Assembly: GCF_035084215.1 (NCBI RefSeq) | Contig: NC_090349.1 | Location: 10,168,001 to 10,232,000, forward strand | Length of the DNA stretch: 64,000 bases | Source: Heptranchias perlo | Taxonomy: Eukaryota | Reading direction: 5' to 3' | Part shown: positions 24,858 through 38,249 of the stretch, piece after piece | How positions within the stretch are numbered: position 1 is the stretch's first letter | Layout of the letters: every line of letters starts with the position of its first letter | Notes under the pieces: model-generated | The model's input: only the letters and a program-made list of their open reading frames with translations | Databases searched by the model: none | What the model was told of the DNA's origin: nothing | Position numbers and translations under genes: made by a program

Positions 24858-27800
24858 TTTTTTAATCATTCTCGGGATGTCGCTGACAAGACCAGTATTT
24901 ATTGCCCATCCCTGGTTGCCCAAATAGCGATTTGTTACAACTGAGTCACTTGCTAGGCCACTTCAGAGGATAGTTAATTATCAACCACGTTGTTATGGTG
25001 ACTGAAATCACATATAGGCCAGGCCGGGTAAGAGCGGCAAGTTTCTTCCCTACAGGACATTAATGAACCAGTTGGGTTTTTAAAACAATTCCACTGCTTT
25101 ATCATAGAATCACAGAATCATAGAATGGTTACAGCATGGAAGGAGGCCATTCTGCCCATTGAGTCTGTGCCCGCTCTTCGCAGGAGCAATCCAGCTAGTC
25201 CCACTACCCCGCCCTTTCCCTGTAGCCCTGCAATTTTTTTCCCTTCAAGTACTTATCCAATTCCCTTTTGAAAGCCATGATTGAATCTGTCTCTACCATC
25301 CCCTCAGGCAGTGCATTCCAGAACATAATCCTTTGCTGTGTAAAGAAGCTTTTCCTCATGTTGCCTTTGCTTCTTTTGCCAATCACCTTAAATCTATGTC
25401 CTCTGGTTCTTGACCCTTCCGCCAATGGGAACAGTTTCTCTTTGTATAGACCCTTCATGATTTTGAATACCTCTATCAAATCTCCTCTCAACCTTCTCTG
25501 CTCTAAGGAGAACAACCCCAGCTTCTCCAGTCTATCCACACAACTCAAGTCCTTCATCCCTGGAACCATTCTAGTAAATCTCTTCTGCACCCTCCCTAAG
25601 GTCTTCACATCGTTCCTAAAGTGCGGTGCCCAGACCAGAATTGGACATAATACTCCAGTTGTGGCCAAAAAAATGTTTTAAAAACGTTCATCATAACTTC
25701 CTGGCTTTTCTACTTTATGCCTCTATTTATAAAGCCCAGGATCCCATATACTTTTTTAACCGCTTTCTCAAGCTGCCAGTTTATATCCCAGATTATATCA
25801 CCGTTACTGCACTTCTTTGATTTGTGCACATATAGCCCCAGGTCTCTCTGTTCCTGTACCACTTTTAGAATTGTACCCTTTAGTTTATATTGCCTCTTTG
25901 CACTTTTCTGCGTTAAATTTCATCTGATGTGTCTGCCCATTCCACCAGCCTGCCTATGTCCTCTTGAAGTCTATCACTATCCTCCTCGTTGTTCACTACA
26001 CTTCCAAGTTTTGTGTCATCTGCAAATTTTGAAATTATGCCCTGTACACCCAAGTCCAAGTCATTAATATATATCAAAAAAGCAGTGGTCCTACTACCGA
26101 CCCCTGGGGAACACCAAAGTATACTCCCTCCATTCCGAAAAACAACCGTTCACCACTACTCTCTGTTTCCTGTCACTTAGCCAATTTCATATCCATGCTG
26201 CCACTGTCCCTTTTATTCCATGGACTTCAACTTTGATAACAAGCCTATCATGCGGCACTTTATCAAACGCCTTTTGGAAGTCCATATACACATCAACCGC
26301 ATTGCCCTCATCAACCCTTTCTGTTACCGCATCAAAAAATTCAATCAAATAGCTAAACACTATTGCCTTTAACAAATCCGTGCTGGCTTTCCTTAATTAA
26401 GCCACACTCGTCCAAGTGTCTAAATTTTGTCCCAGATTATCGTTTCTAAAAGTTTCCCCACCATCGAGGTTAAACTGACTGGCCTGTAGTTGCCAAGTTT
26501 ATCCTTACACCCTTTTTTGACCAAGGGTATAGCATTTGCAATTCTCCAGTCATCTGGCACCACCCCCATATCGAAGGATGTTTGGAAGATTATGGCCAGT
26601 ACCTCCACAACTTCCACCCTTACTTCCTTCAGCAACCTAGGATGCATCCCATCTGGACTGGGTGACTTATCTATTTTAAGTACAGCCAGCCTTTCTAGTA
26701 CCTCTTCTTTATCAATTTTTAGCCCATTCAGTATCTCAACTACCTCCTCTTTTACTGTGACTTTGGCAGCATTTTTTTCCTTGGTAAAGACAAATGCAAA
26801 GTACTAATTTAGTACCTCAGCCGTGCCCTCTGCCTCCATGCATAGATCTCCTTTTTGGCCCCTAATCGGTCCCACTCCTCCTCTTACTACCCGATTACTA
26901 TTTATATGCCTATAGAAGTCTTTTGGATTCCCTTTTATGTTAGTCGCCAGTCTATTCTCATACTCTCTCTTTGCCCCTCTTATTTCCTTTTTCACTTCCC
27001 CTCCAAACTTTCTATATTCAGCCTGGTTCTTACTTGTGTTATCAACCTGACATCTGTCATACGCCCCCTTTTTCTGCTTCATCTTACTCTCTATCTCCTT
27101 CGTCAACCAGAGAGATCTGGCTTTAGTTGCCTTACCTTTCCCCCTTGTGGAAATGTACCTAGACTTTACCCGAACCATCTCCTCTTTAAAGGCCGCCTGT
27201 TGTTCAATTATAGTTTTGCCTGCCAATCTTTAATTCCAATTTACCCAGGCCAGATCCGTTCTTATCACACTGAAAGTGGCCCTCCTCCAATTGAGTATTT
27301 TTAATCTAGAGTGCTCCTTGTCCTTTTCCATGGCTAACATAAACCTTATGATACTATGATCACTGTTCCCTAAATGTTCCCCCACTGAAACTTGCTCCAC
27401 TTGGCCCACCTCATTCCCCAGAACCAGATCCAGCAATGCCTCCTTCCTCATTGGGCCAGAAAAGTACTGATCAAGAAAGTTCTCCTGAGAACTATTACTA
27501 TCCCAGTCTATATTAGGATGGTTGAAGTCCCCCATTATCACTATTCTATGGCTCTTGCACCGCTCTGTAATTTCCCTGTAAATTTGCTCCTCTATATCCT
27601 TCCCACTGTTTGGTGGCCTATAAAACACACCCATTGTTTCTTAACTCTAACCAAATAGATTCTGTCCTTGACCCCTCCAGGACATTCTCTCTCTCCAGCA
27701 CTGGATGATTCTCTTTAATCAATACTGCCACCCCTCCTTTCTTTCCTTCCCTATCATTCCTAAATAGCTTGTATCCAGGAATATTTAGTACCCAATCCTG

Positions 27801-28678
27801 CCCTTTTTTGAGCCAGGTCTCCGTTATCACCACGACATCATGTTCCCATGTGGCTATTTTGCACCTGCAGCTCACCAACCTTATTTACTACGCTTTGTGT
27901 GTTTACACACATGCACTGTAAACCTATCTTAGACCATCTTGTATTCTTTCTTAGTCTGATCTCACCTAATACCGTACTATTTCTCACTCTAGTGCTATCT
28001 GTCTCTCCCAATCCTTTGTGCACCTTGTTTCTCCTTTCCAATGCTACATGCTGGTGCCCATCCCATTGCCAAATTAGTTTAAACCCTCCCCCACAGCACT
28101 ACTGAACCTCCCCCCAGGACATTGGTCCCAGCTCTGTTGGGGTGCAACCGGTCCGGCCTGTATAAGTCCCACTTTCCCCAGAACGGGTCCCAATGTCCCA
28201 GGAAGCTAAAGTCTTCCCTCCTGCACCATCTCTCCAGCCACGAATTCATCTGCTCTATACTCCCATTTCTCTACTCACTAGTGCGTGACACCCGAAGTTA
28301 TCCGGAGATTACTACCTTTGAGGTCCTGCTTATTAATCTCTTTCCTAGCTCCCTAAAATCTGCCTGCAAGACCTCATCCCTCTTTCTATCGATGTTGTTG
28401 GTGCCCATATGGACCACAACCTCTGGCTGTTCACCCTCCCCTTTCAGAATGTTCTGCAGCCGCTCAGTGACATCCTTGACCCTGGCACCAGGGAGGCAAC
28501 AGACCATCCTGGTATGATAACGTTTTGCTGTTACCAGCGTTTTATCCCCAAATTTTTTAACTGAATTCAAATTCTCAAACTGCTGTAATGGAATATGAAC
28601 TCACGCTCTATGGATTATTAGTCTAGGTCTCTGAATTATTAGTCAAGTAATATAACCATAACTACACTACCGTACCCT
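24858..28678 (-). mobile_element. tRNA-headed SINE sharing both ends with the 17118-20402 LINE family, split by a CR1 insertion
   Basis: 24858-25102 is the LINE 3' tail joined directly to LINE 5' UTR sequence. 28516-28678 is the remaining head, ending CTACCGTACCC. Confidence 0.7.
25103..28512 (-). mobile_element. CR1 LINE (ORF1 esterase fragment + ORF2), decayed
   Basis: ORF1 SGNH-like CLPGARVKDV..VVVHMGTNNI. ORF2 VITETWL, MGDFNHPNIDW, LGNSDHSII, NYRPVSLTS, MDFQKAFDKVPH. (ATCATAGA)n tail near 25103-25125. Confidence 0.9.
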
Positions 28679-29466
28679 AAAATATTACAACCAGGACTGC
28701 AAAAAATAACTTAGTAATCAAGTGAAGGATTGTTCTTCATACGGCGGAGCTCCGCAGTCAGAGGAGAATTGTATACTTAGTCTTTCAGGGAGTGGAGGGA
28801 CACAGAGAACCCAGCTCAGTTAAAGGTCACATTTTTCACAATCATCATTAAGACAAACACATTTTCGCAGTTCACTTCCTGTACCAGCTACTCCGTGCCC
28901 GTGCTATCGACATTAACCTTCGGTGCTGTCTGTGTGACTGGCAGGAACCGTGAGGAGAAAGGCACAGTCACTATAGTGAAAGTTTCAAACCGCCCTCACC
29001 AGGCTCACCTCTCACCAATCTTTTAGCAAGATTTGTTAATTGATCTATTTCAGCAGGTGGATTTCTATAGTTTTAACTACACGTTGAATTCGAATCTTTA
29101 TTTGCCGACAATTATGGACAATTGTAACTTTAGTTACTTTTCTCCATATCTTTTCGGACCAGACACGTTTGGAGAAATTGAAACCCTCCAATCATGTGAC
29201 AACAATCAAGACTAAGTGAATCGCAACAGGGAGGGGGTTAAAGCCTTAAATCGATTAATTCCGCACTGAACTCGCAAGTACTAGTTATCGCTGGGTTACA
29301 GGCGGGGACCGTTCAATGTTGCTACTTCTAGTGGGCGACAGCTATTATCAGGATACGAATCAGCAGAATCGGGCTTTGAAACCCACGCGCAACCTGCAAG
29401 CTGCGGGTGGTGTCTGCAGAGCGCCGAGCAGCTCACTCCCCACATCCGTGCCGACCTGTGTGAAAG

Positions 29467-29522
29467 ATGAACAGCAACCGAACCATGCCTCAACTACTGG
29501 TGACTCTACTTGCAAACCTTAG
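29467..29522 (+). CDS. Putative leader exon of the IgV receptor (phase anomaly)
   Basis: MNSNRTMPQLLVTLL... ends at AG|GTAATC, 89 nt before the V acceptor. It ends in phase 2, but the V exon needs phase 1. Confidence 0.5.
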
Positions 29523-29611
29523 GTAATCTAATACGGACGTTCTTCAGTGTTCCATCATGACTATTAACATCGTTACATTAATATTGATACAGATGTCTAA
29601 TTTCTGCGCAG

Positions 29612-29980
29612 GCTGGGCCCTGATTGTTGCCGAAGGGGCTCGGGTTGACCAGACCCCCGATTTTCTCTCTGTGTCTGAAGGAGGGACAGCGACCCTGACC
29701 TGTACCTATTTTGCTGATAAAATTCACGACTTTGTAATCAATTGGCTTCACCAGCAAAGAAACCAAACTAATCAGACGTATATTTTTTACATGGACAAGT
29801 CCAAGGGAAACCATTCCAACCGACTGGTAAATACGAAAGACCAAGAACGAAACATCAACAAGTTATCAATAACGAGCCTTCAGCAGCGAGACAGCGGCAC
29901 ATATTACTGTGAACTGATGATTCTGAGTCCACCTTCCAAGGGAGGTTTGAGGGGAAACGGAAGCAGATTGATAGTAACAG
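29612..29980 (+). CDS. VJ-type IgV exon of a non-rearranging receptor (PD-1/CTLA-4/CD28/NKp30-like)
   Basis: Acceptor TTTCTGCGCAG|. ARVDQTPDFLSVSEGGTATLTC..FVINW..LSITSLQQRDSGTYYC..GNGSRLIVT with a J-like GxG in the same exon and no RSS. Phase-1 donor CAG|GTAGGT. Confidence 0.9.
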
Positions 29981-31523
29981 GTAGGTTCTATTATTTCAGT
30001 CCCAAGGTGTGGAACTGTTTAAAGGACTCAATTTTAATTCAACTAGTCACGTTCTTGCAGTTATGACCGAGTGTTTATTCGTGATGTGAAGGTTGAAACT
30101 GCTGCACACCAGGCTGAATTCGATAATCCCATCCAGGAGCTAGAGATGAGGAGCTACAATTGGCCAAGCCCACGGTCTAGGGAGGGAAAGTCAACAGGAC
30201 TGCTGCTCCTGGTCATTATTCAGGGTCAGTGATTCTTGTTGGAAACTGTGGGAGGGTAGGGCCGGGATCGGGCTGGACAAAACAGCACCGCAAGGCTCGC
30301 TGAGAATCCTCGCTATCGGTCAAACCCGACTCCCAGCCCCACACAAGGCCTTCGGGGGAGTAGGAAGGGAGAAAATGGGTACATAATATGGATATGTTCA
30401 ACATGGTTTCAGTGAATCAGTGTGGATAACCTGAATACAATTTTACATCTGATCCGCTTGGTAATTGGCACTGATGTGGATGTAGACCGGAGTTAGCGTG
30501 ATAGCGACATTTTATTCTAAACGTTATTTTTTGTGAATTGATAGCTAGCATCTTTCCAACTATGATATTATAGTTTTTCTCAATATTACTTCGCAACCAG
30601 AATTTGCATCATCTCCTTGATCCATGTGAGAACTTTCAATGTCAAGACTGCTGCGGATAAACTTCATGTTATATGCTTGTATTGGTGAATGCTGTACAAT
30701 CTAATTCATCTGTGACTTGGGTCGACATCGTCAGGAGGATGTAGTGAAGTCTAGTTTTAAACTCTTACTTATGGTGGAGAAGAATGCTGAGTTTTTTATG
30801 TGCAGATCTATGATTGGAAACAAACAGAAAATATAATTAACCCGTAATTTTGTTGACTTTTCCTAACTTCTCTCTGAATGTTGGGTTTTACGGGTCACTT
30901 TTGACTTTATGTCTTCTGCTTGTTGCTTCACAACCTATTTCAAGCTTACTCAAGGAAAGCAGCACAACCGGCACAGGCAAGTAATGCCGAAAACCAACTA
31001 GGCTTAACGTTTCGACTAAATTATACCACAGGTGCCCTGCACAGTAACGTTAATCTCAACCCTGTGTGTAATGATGCCGAACAGTCGGCAGCCAACATGT
31101 CAACGGCTGAAAATCGGGACTTTAAACACTGACCGTCGAATCAAGTGGTGGGATATTAGATGACCAACTCTTAGCTTTCGGTAAATTCCTTTTTGGGCTG
31201 TTTTAGAGGACACGTTAACCTTTCTGTTTTAAATGGGATAACATTTTCTCTAAAACAGCCGAGAGAGCAATTTCAGACCAAAGCCTCGGCGTAATATTGG
31301 GGCTCTGGCGTTTTAATCCGTGCTTTCATCATTTGATTAAAGATTAAGTGAAGGGAACCCATAACAACATATACAGCGTGGGGTAATCTCACAGTGAAAG
31401 CTACAATAATAGTGATTTCTCTTTTACTTGTTTTCAGTTAAACGTTTACTAATTGAAGAACACGGAGGTTGATAGAGATTTATATTTTTAATTGTGATAA
31501 ATGTGTGCACATTTCCTTTAAAG

Positions 31524-31619
31524 AACCTGATTCCTGGAAAAACAAAAGTTCCTGGCTTTATTTGCTGCTGTGTCCATTCATTATTTTACTGTTAGCTGTA
31601 TGCAGCTGGAAAGCGAAAC
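31524..31619 (+). CDS. Stalk/transmembrane exon of the receptor
   Basis: Acceptor TTTCCTTTAAAG| in phase with V. EPDSWKNKSSWLYLLLCPFIILLLAVCSWKAK: uncharged TM followed by a basic stop-transfer. Donor C|GTGAGT (phase 1). Confidence 0.85.
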
Positions 31620-31949
31620 GTGAGTATTATACTTTCATTACCAGTGATAGATGCATATACTCTACTTTCACTGTCTGCATCAGATGTTCTCATAAATTAA
31701 TATAATGATGCATTTTAACAAATGTTTGAGGTCAAACGGAAACTCTGTTGCTGTTCGTGTTATATGTGCTTAAATATGGTAACTAGAATATGTTATAGCT
31801 TGTAATAGTTGTAAAGTTTTTGTAACATTTATCTACAAGAGAAAATCTATTTACCACATCAAGTCCGCCATTTCCACAATCCCTGAGATAAAGTTTTATA
31901 AAATTTCTCCTTGGACTCTCACCCAAACTTAATCTACCCAAACTCCAAT

Positions 31950-33403
31950 TATCAATTCATCCAATTTGCAACAAATATATATTCCTTTAAGGCACAAAAA
32001 CCCAACAGGAAAAGTGGTCCAACCGTGGCTAACAAGAGAAATTAAAGATAGTATTAAATCAAAGGAGGGGGCATATAACGTTGCCAGAAAAAACAGTAAG
32101 CCTGAGGATTGGGAACCTTTTAGAATTCAGCAAAGGAAGACCAAGAAATTGATTTTAAAAAAAGGGAAAATAGAATGAGAGTAAAATAGTGAGAAACATA
32201 AAAACGGATTGTAAAAGCTTCTATAGGTATGTAAAAAGGAAAAGACTGGTGAAGGCAAACGTGGGTCCCTTACAGACGAGACAGGAAAATTTATAATGGG
32301 GAATAAGGAAATGCCAGAGAAATTAAACAAAGACTTTGTGTCTGTCTTCATGGCAGAAGACACAAAAAATCTCTCAGAAATACTAGAGAACCAAGGGTCT
32401 GGTGAGAATGAGGAACTGAAAGAAATTAGTATTAGAAAAAAAATAGTACTAGAGAAATTAATGGGACTAAATCCCAAGGACCTGATGAGTTACATCCCAG
32501 GGTTTTGAAAGAGGTGGCTATAGAGATAATGGATGCATTGGTTGTCATCTTCCAAAATTCTATAGATTCTGGAACGGTTCCTGCAGATTGGAGGGTAGCA
32601 AATGTAACCCCACTATTTAAGAAAGGAGGGAGAGAGAAAACAGGGAAATACAGACCTGTTAGCCTGACATCAGTAATAGGGAAAATGCTAGAATCCATTA
32701 AAATGGATGTGATAACAGGACACTTAGAAAATAATAATAGGATTTGGCAGAGTCAACATGAATTTATGAAAGGGAAATCATGTTTGACAAACCTATTGGA
32801 GTTCTTTGAGGATGTAACTAGTAGAATAGATAAGGGGGAACCAGTGGATGTGGTGTATTTGGATTTTCAGAAGGCTTTTGATAAGGTCCCACTCAGGAGG
32901 TTGGTGAATAAAGTTAGAGCACATGAAATTGGGGTAATATACTGGCATGGATTGAGAATTGGTTAACAGGCAGAAAATAGAGAGTAGGAATAAACGGGTC
33001 TTTTTCAGGTTGGCAGACTGTGACTAGTGGGGTACCACATGGATAGGTGCTTGGGCCCCAGCTATTCACAATCTGTATCAATGATTTGGATGAGGGGACC
33101 AAATGTAATATTTCCAAGTTTGCTGATGACACAAAACTGGGTGGGAATGTGAGTTGTGAGCACGATGCAAGGAGGCTTCAAGGGGATATAGACAGGCTAA
33201 GTGAGTGGGCAAGAACATGGCAGATGGAATATAATGTGGAAAAATGTGACGTTTTCCACTTTGGTAGGAAAAACAGAAATGCAGAGTATTTTTTAAATGG
33301 TGAGAGATTGGGAAATGTTGATGTTCAAAGGGACCTGGGTGTCCTTGTACATGAGTCACTGAAAGCTAACATGCAGGTGCAGCAAGCAATTAGGAAGGCA
33401 AAT
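31950..33403 (+). mobile_element. CR1 ORF2 internal fragment (intronic)
   Basis: PWLTREI, VPADWRVANVTPLFKKG, YLDFQKAFDKVP, FADDTKL. Confidence 0.9.
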
Positions 33404-34060
33404 GTGTACCACGGGATAATGGTTATCTATGTCCTCACTCGGTGTCCCTTCAACCCCTATCGTAAGCAGATATTTGTCCTATTTAATTTTGGAAGTTAGC
33501 TGGGGGGGTTTCTGGGAGTCTGTTCAGCTAGTCTGCAGTAGAAATTATTCTGGCATCTTTCTAATTCTGGGCTCACAGCCCAAGCCCGCTTACATTTACA
33601 TTATACGTGTCTCTCCGAGGTTTAAGTTTTAGATTTTGGCCCAATGTACTTTTTCTAATTTAAAATATGTTCAGCTTTGCAAAACGTAACACATTGCGAC
33701 TGGGAATCATCAGCAAAGTGGTCTCAACTCTGGAGGTACTATGCATTGACTCTATACGGTGATCTACACAGGGTTAGCAATTGTAAACAATTTTACAACA
33801 CCAAGTTATAGTCCAGCAATTTTATTTTAAATTCACAAACTTTCGGAGGCTTCCTCCTTCGTCAGGTGAACGATGTGAAAATGAAATCCTCGAAATGAAG
33901 GGTTAGAACAGCGTGTTAGAACACAGGGTTAGAACAGCGTGTTCTTCCAGATTATAAAACTCCTCTAGACGTAACCTAGTACTGGCTTCGCCTTGTTAAT
34001 GACTGGAAACTTTAATTGAAATAATCACACTCAAGCACTTTTCTTTTTCAACCTTTGTAG

Positions 34061-34079
34061 ATGGGCGTCCTTTTGTGAC
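34061..34079 (+). CDS. Candidate juxtamembrane micro-exon of the receptor
   Basis: Strong acceptor TTTTCTTTTTCAACCTTTGTAG|; reads H-G-R-P-F(-V-T) in phase 1. The donor is uncertain (after 34074, phase 0; or after 34079, phase 2). Confidence 0.35.
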
Positions 34080-35017
34080 GTATCTCATTTACCATGTTTA
34101 TAATTATGTTATTTTAATATAATTTGTTAAAATTAGACCCGGTGGCCTATCACTCCCCGGAAGTCCAGTTTGTCGTCCCCATCTGGGGAGACACTTGTAT
34201 CCCGGTGGGGTTGTGCATACCTGGCCCCACGATTTTCACTGTCCTAGTAAAATTGGATCGATTTGTGATGTGCACGTTTCATGTTTCCTGTTCCAATGTT
34301 GATTACTTCACATTTATTCACGTTGAAATCCGTCTGGTGTCCTTAGGCTATCTGCTCCAATGGTTCACAGCTGTATGAATTCTCAATTTCCCATATCCTC
34401 AAGTTATGCATAATATTGTAGCATATAGTACAGTTAGGCAGTGTTACGTCTCTCGGTGTGAATAGAATTACAGAATATATAGTTAACCTCTGCTATATCT
34501 CTCCTGTATATAATACTAGGCTATATGGTGTGGTTAGGTTCCATTAGCTCTATTGTTGTATCTAATGTTATGCGTGTGGTGTAACTTAGCTGTTCTATCC
34601 ATTTGTGTGTGTATTGTAGTCTATGATGCAGTTAGACTTATGCCCCAAATATAAAAGCCTGATAAATACATTTCAGTAGAATTATTATAAGAATCTGATG
34701 AGTTGTTGTATTTCCTGCAACGATTTATTGAAAATATTGAACCTTAACGTCTTGTAAATTTCATTGATCCTCATACAGCTATAAGACAAATCTAGAATCA
34801 TTGGGTGCAATATGTCCTTCCCCGGGCTGCAGTCCAGTACTAATACTCCCGTTTTTCTGTAAAGTTGATCTGTTATTCTGCTTTCTGTTTTTTCACCTAT
34901 TTTGTATGAAATCTTTTAGCTTTTCCAGTGTAAAAGATTCTGCTGGCAATAATACTTCAGAATCTAAGACTGGCAGAATGCACTTTCTCACACTGCAGGC
35001 TGGTATAATAATAATTA

Positions 35018-35945
35018 TAGAATCATACAGCACAGTAGGAGGCCATTTGGCCCATCGTGACTGTGCCAGCTCTTTGAAACAGCTATCTAATTAGTCCCAT
35101 TCCCCTGCTCTTTCTTCGGAGCCATGCCATTTTTTCCTCTTCCAATATTTATCTAATTCCCTCTTGAAATTTGCTATTGAATCTGCTTCCACCGTCCTTT
35201 GCGTCAGGGCATTCCAGTTTATAACAAAAATAAGGTGTAAAACAAATTCTCTTCATCTCCCCTCCGGTTCTTTTCCCAAATATCTTAAATCTGTGTCCTT
35301 TGGTTACCGACCCATCTGCCAATGCAAACAGTTTCTCCCTATTTACTCTATGAAAAGTCCTCATAATTTTGAACATCTCTATTAACCTTCTCTGTTCTAA
35401 GGAGAACAACCCCAGCTTCTCCAGTCTCTCCACATAACTGAAGTCCCTCATCCCTGGTACCATTCCAATAAACCTCCTCTGCATCATCTCAAAGGCCTTG
35501 ACGTCCTTCCTAAAGTGTGGTGCCCAGAATTGGACACAATACTCCAGCTGAGGCCTATGCTGTGTTTTATAAAAGTTTAGCATAACTTCCTTGCTATTGT
35601 ACTCTATGCCTCTATTTATAAAGCCACGGATCCCGTATGTTTATTTTTAACAGCCTTATTAACTTGTCCTGCCAACGTCAAAGATGTCTGTGCCTAAACC
35701 CAAAGGTCTCTCTGTTCCTGCACCCCCTTTAAAATTGTACCATTTCGTTTATATTGCCTCTCCTCATTCTTCCTACCAAAATATATCACTTCACAGATCT
35801 TTGCGTTAAATTTCATCTGCCATGTGTCTGCCCATTTCACCAGTCTGTCTATGTCCTCCTGAAGTCTGTTACTATCCTTCACATTGTTTACTACATTTCC
35901 GAGTTTCCTGTCATTTGCAAACTTCGAAATTATACCCGCTATACC
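35018..35945 (-). mobile_element. CR1 3' fragment (intronic)
   Basis: LQEDIDRLVKWADTWQMKFN, PQLEYCVQFWAPH and a CR1 3' tail. Confidence 0.88.
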
Positions 35946-37164
35946 CGAGCCTCCTGTTTCTCCTGAAAGTTAATTTAATTACAGTTACAGTTTTGACACA
36001 ACGCAAATGTTTCGCTTGTAATGATACTGAGTCGCTTTGTGATTCCAGAGAAACAGTTAGTTGAATGCAACGCTTCGTCTACTAGGACCGTCCCAGAGGT
36101 ACTGTAAGAAAAGATAACTCTATGTTTAAGGCAAAGGTGAAATGTCCTGCACTTTGCACAGCTTAGGTTTTAGTCTAATGTACAATCAAAATAACACATA
36201 TTATGCAACAGAATGTTTCTGTTAAGATTTAGCAGTAGTTACTGATTTGTCCTTCCATTCTTCGGTAGTTTTCAAGCATACCATTTTGCTTTGAAACGCG
36301 ACATATTAAGCAGAGCCCTGTTAGGATCACGCCTCGAAATTTTTTTTTCAGTTATTATCACTGAAAAGCATTGTAACGGATCAAGGAGCATGGCGCAAAG
36401 CAGAACCTAGAATACAAAAAGCAAATTGTAAAACGAGATAAAACAGTAAATAGCAGTAGGTGACACCAACAAGAACGCAATAGCGTTCATTTATATAGCA
36501 CTTTTCGCAACCTCAGAATTTCACATAGCGCTTCAGGAGCAATGGGTTTACTTTTTAAACACGTGGGGTAATTTTAACCTAACTCGCCAGGTGGGAAACT
36601 GACGCGATCAAGTGGTCACTGTCTTTAGATAAACAAACGTGTTGTAATGTGGAGTTAAGGAGTTCTTCTACAGTAATTTACAGTAATTATCCCGATCTCC
36701 AGCCGTAACTTCGGCAGATATCCCGGAGAAACGGCGTAAACAGACGTTTAGGGTAAGGCACTACTGTGTATTTTGATGTAAACGTATGGACTAAGCAGGA
36801 AGGAGCAAGCGTTTGTGGACAGAGTATTGGCAGTTGACAGGATACAAGACATGAAACTTCAGAGCAGCTTTGATCTAGTGGTATGGATAAAATAGAATGG
36901 GAAAAGAAAGGATGAGGCAGAGAGGGAAAGGGAGAGGCTTGAGGCCACAAGTGCACTGTTCATATCTTAATTGTTAGCCAGGCATTGAATGTCACTTCAC
37001 AATATTTTAATTATAGGAGCTGCCTTGTTCACTGCAGACCAAACCTCCTAATGGTAGCGTTTCCAATATTTTCATTATTTTATCTGCAATTTTTTTGTTA
37101 TATTTTAATTATGCAAAAAATTCCTACACCGTTATCATTACAATATCTTGCAGAGACATTAACA

Positions 37165-38175
37165 TCAGGCAAGGCCACGATTTTAAAATTCTCATTCTTG
37201 TGTTCAAATCCCTCTGTAGCCTTGCCCCTCTCGAGCTCTGTAATCTCTTCCAACCCTACAACCCTCCACAATCTCTGCGCTCCTCCAATTCTGGCCTCCT
37301 GTGCATTCCCAATTTCCTTCCCTCCACCATTGGCGGCGGTGCCTCTAGCTGCCTAGGCTCTAATCTCTGGAATTCATAAGAATATAAGAAAAAGGAGCAG
37401 GAGTAGGCCATATGGCCCTTCGAGCCTGCTCCGCATTCAGTAAGATCAAGGCTGATCTTCAACCTCAACTCCACTTTCTTGCCCGATCCCCATATCCCTT
37501 GAGTCCCCAAGAGTCCAAAAATCTATCATTCTCAGCCTTGAATATACTCAATGACTCAGCATCCACAGCCCTCTGGGGTAGAGAATTCCAAAGATTCACA
37601 ACCCTCTGAGTGAAGAAATTCCTCCTTGTCTCTGTCCTAAATGGCCAACCCCTTATCTTGAGACTATGACCCCTAGTTATAGACTCTCCGGCAATGGAAA
37701 CAGCCTCTCAGCACCTACCCTATCAAGCCTTCTAAGAATTTCATACGTTTCAATGAGACCCCCTCTCACTCTTCTAAACTCCAGAGAATATAGGCGCATT
37801 TCATTCAATCTCTCCTCATAGAACAATCCCCTCATCCCAGAAATCAGTCTAGTGAACCTTCCTTGCACCTCCTCCAAGGCAAGTTTATCCTTCCTTAGGT
37901 AAGGAGACAAAAACTGTACACAGCACTCCAGGTGTGGTCGCACCAAAGCCCAGTACAATTGTAACAAGATTCCCTCCCTAAATCTCTTTACCCCTCTCTC
38001 CTCCTTTATGTCGCTCCTTAAAACCTATCTCTTTGACTAAGCTTTTGGTTACCTGAACTAATATCTCTATATGTGGCTCCGTGTTAAATTTTGTCTGATA
38101 ACGCTCCTGTGAAGCGCCTTGGGACGTTTTACTATATTAAAGGCGATATATAAATGCAAGTTTCTGTTGTTGTAG
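37165..38175 (+). mobile_element. L2 3' fragment with a nested antisense CR1 3' fragment (37375-37968)
   Basis: DFKILILVFKSL..LWNS is interrupted by (ATAAGA)-tailed CR1 sequence, then resumes CCCTCCCTAAA...GTGAAGCGCCTTGGGACGTTTTAC. Confidence 0.82.
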
Positions 38176-38249
38176 TACCTAAGAAATTTTCTGTGACCAA
38201 GACAGTAGGTCTAGATAACACGTGCACTGCTAACGTTCGTTCTTTCCAG

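Noticed and set aside
29638-29660. ARVDQTP matches the usual N-terminus of shark IgNAR V domains
   Set aside because: The domain keeps a full-length C'-C'' region, has no RSS or D segments, includes its own J-like strand and splices to a TM exon. It is not a VNAR or NAR-TCR.
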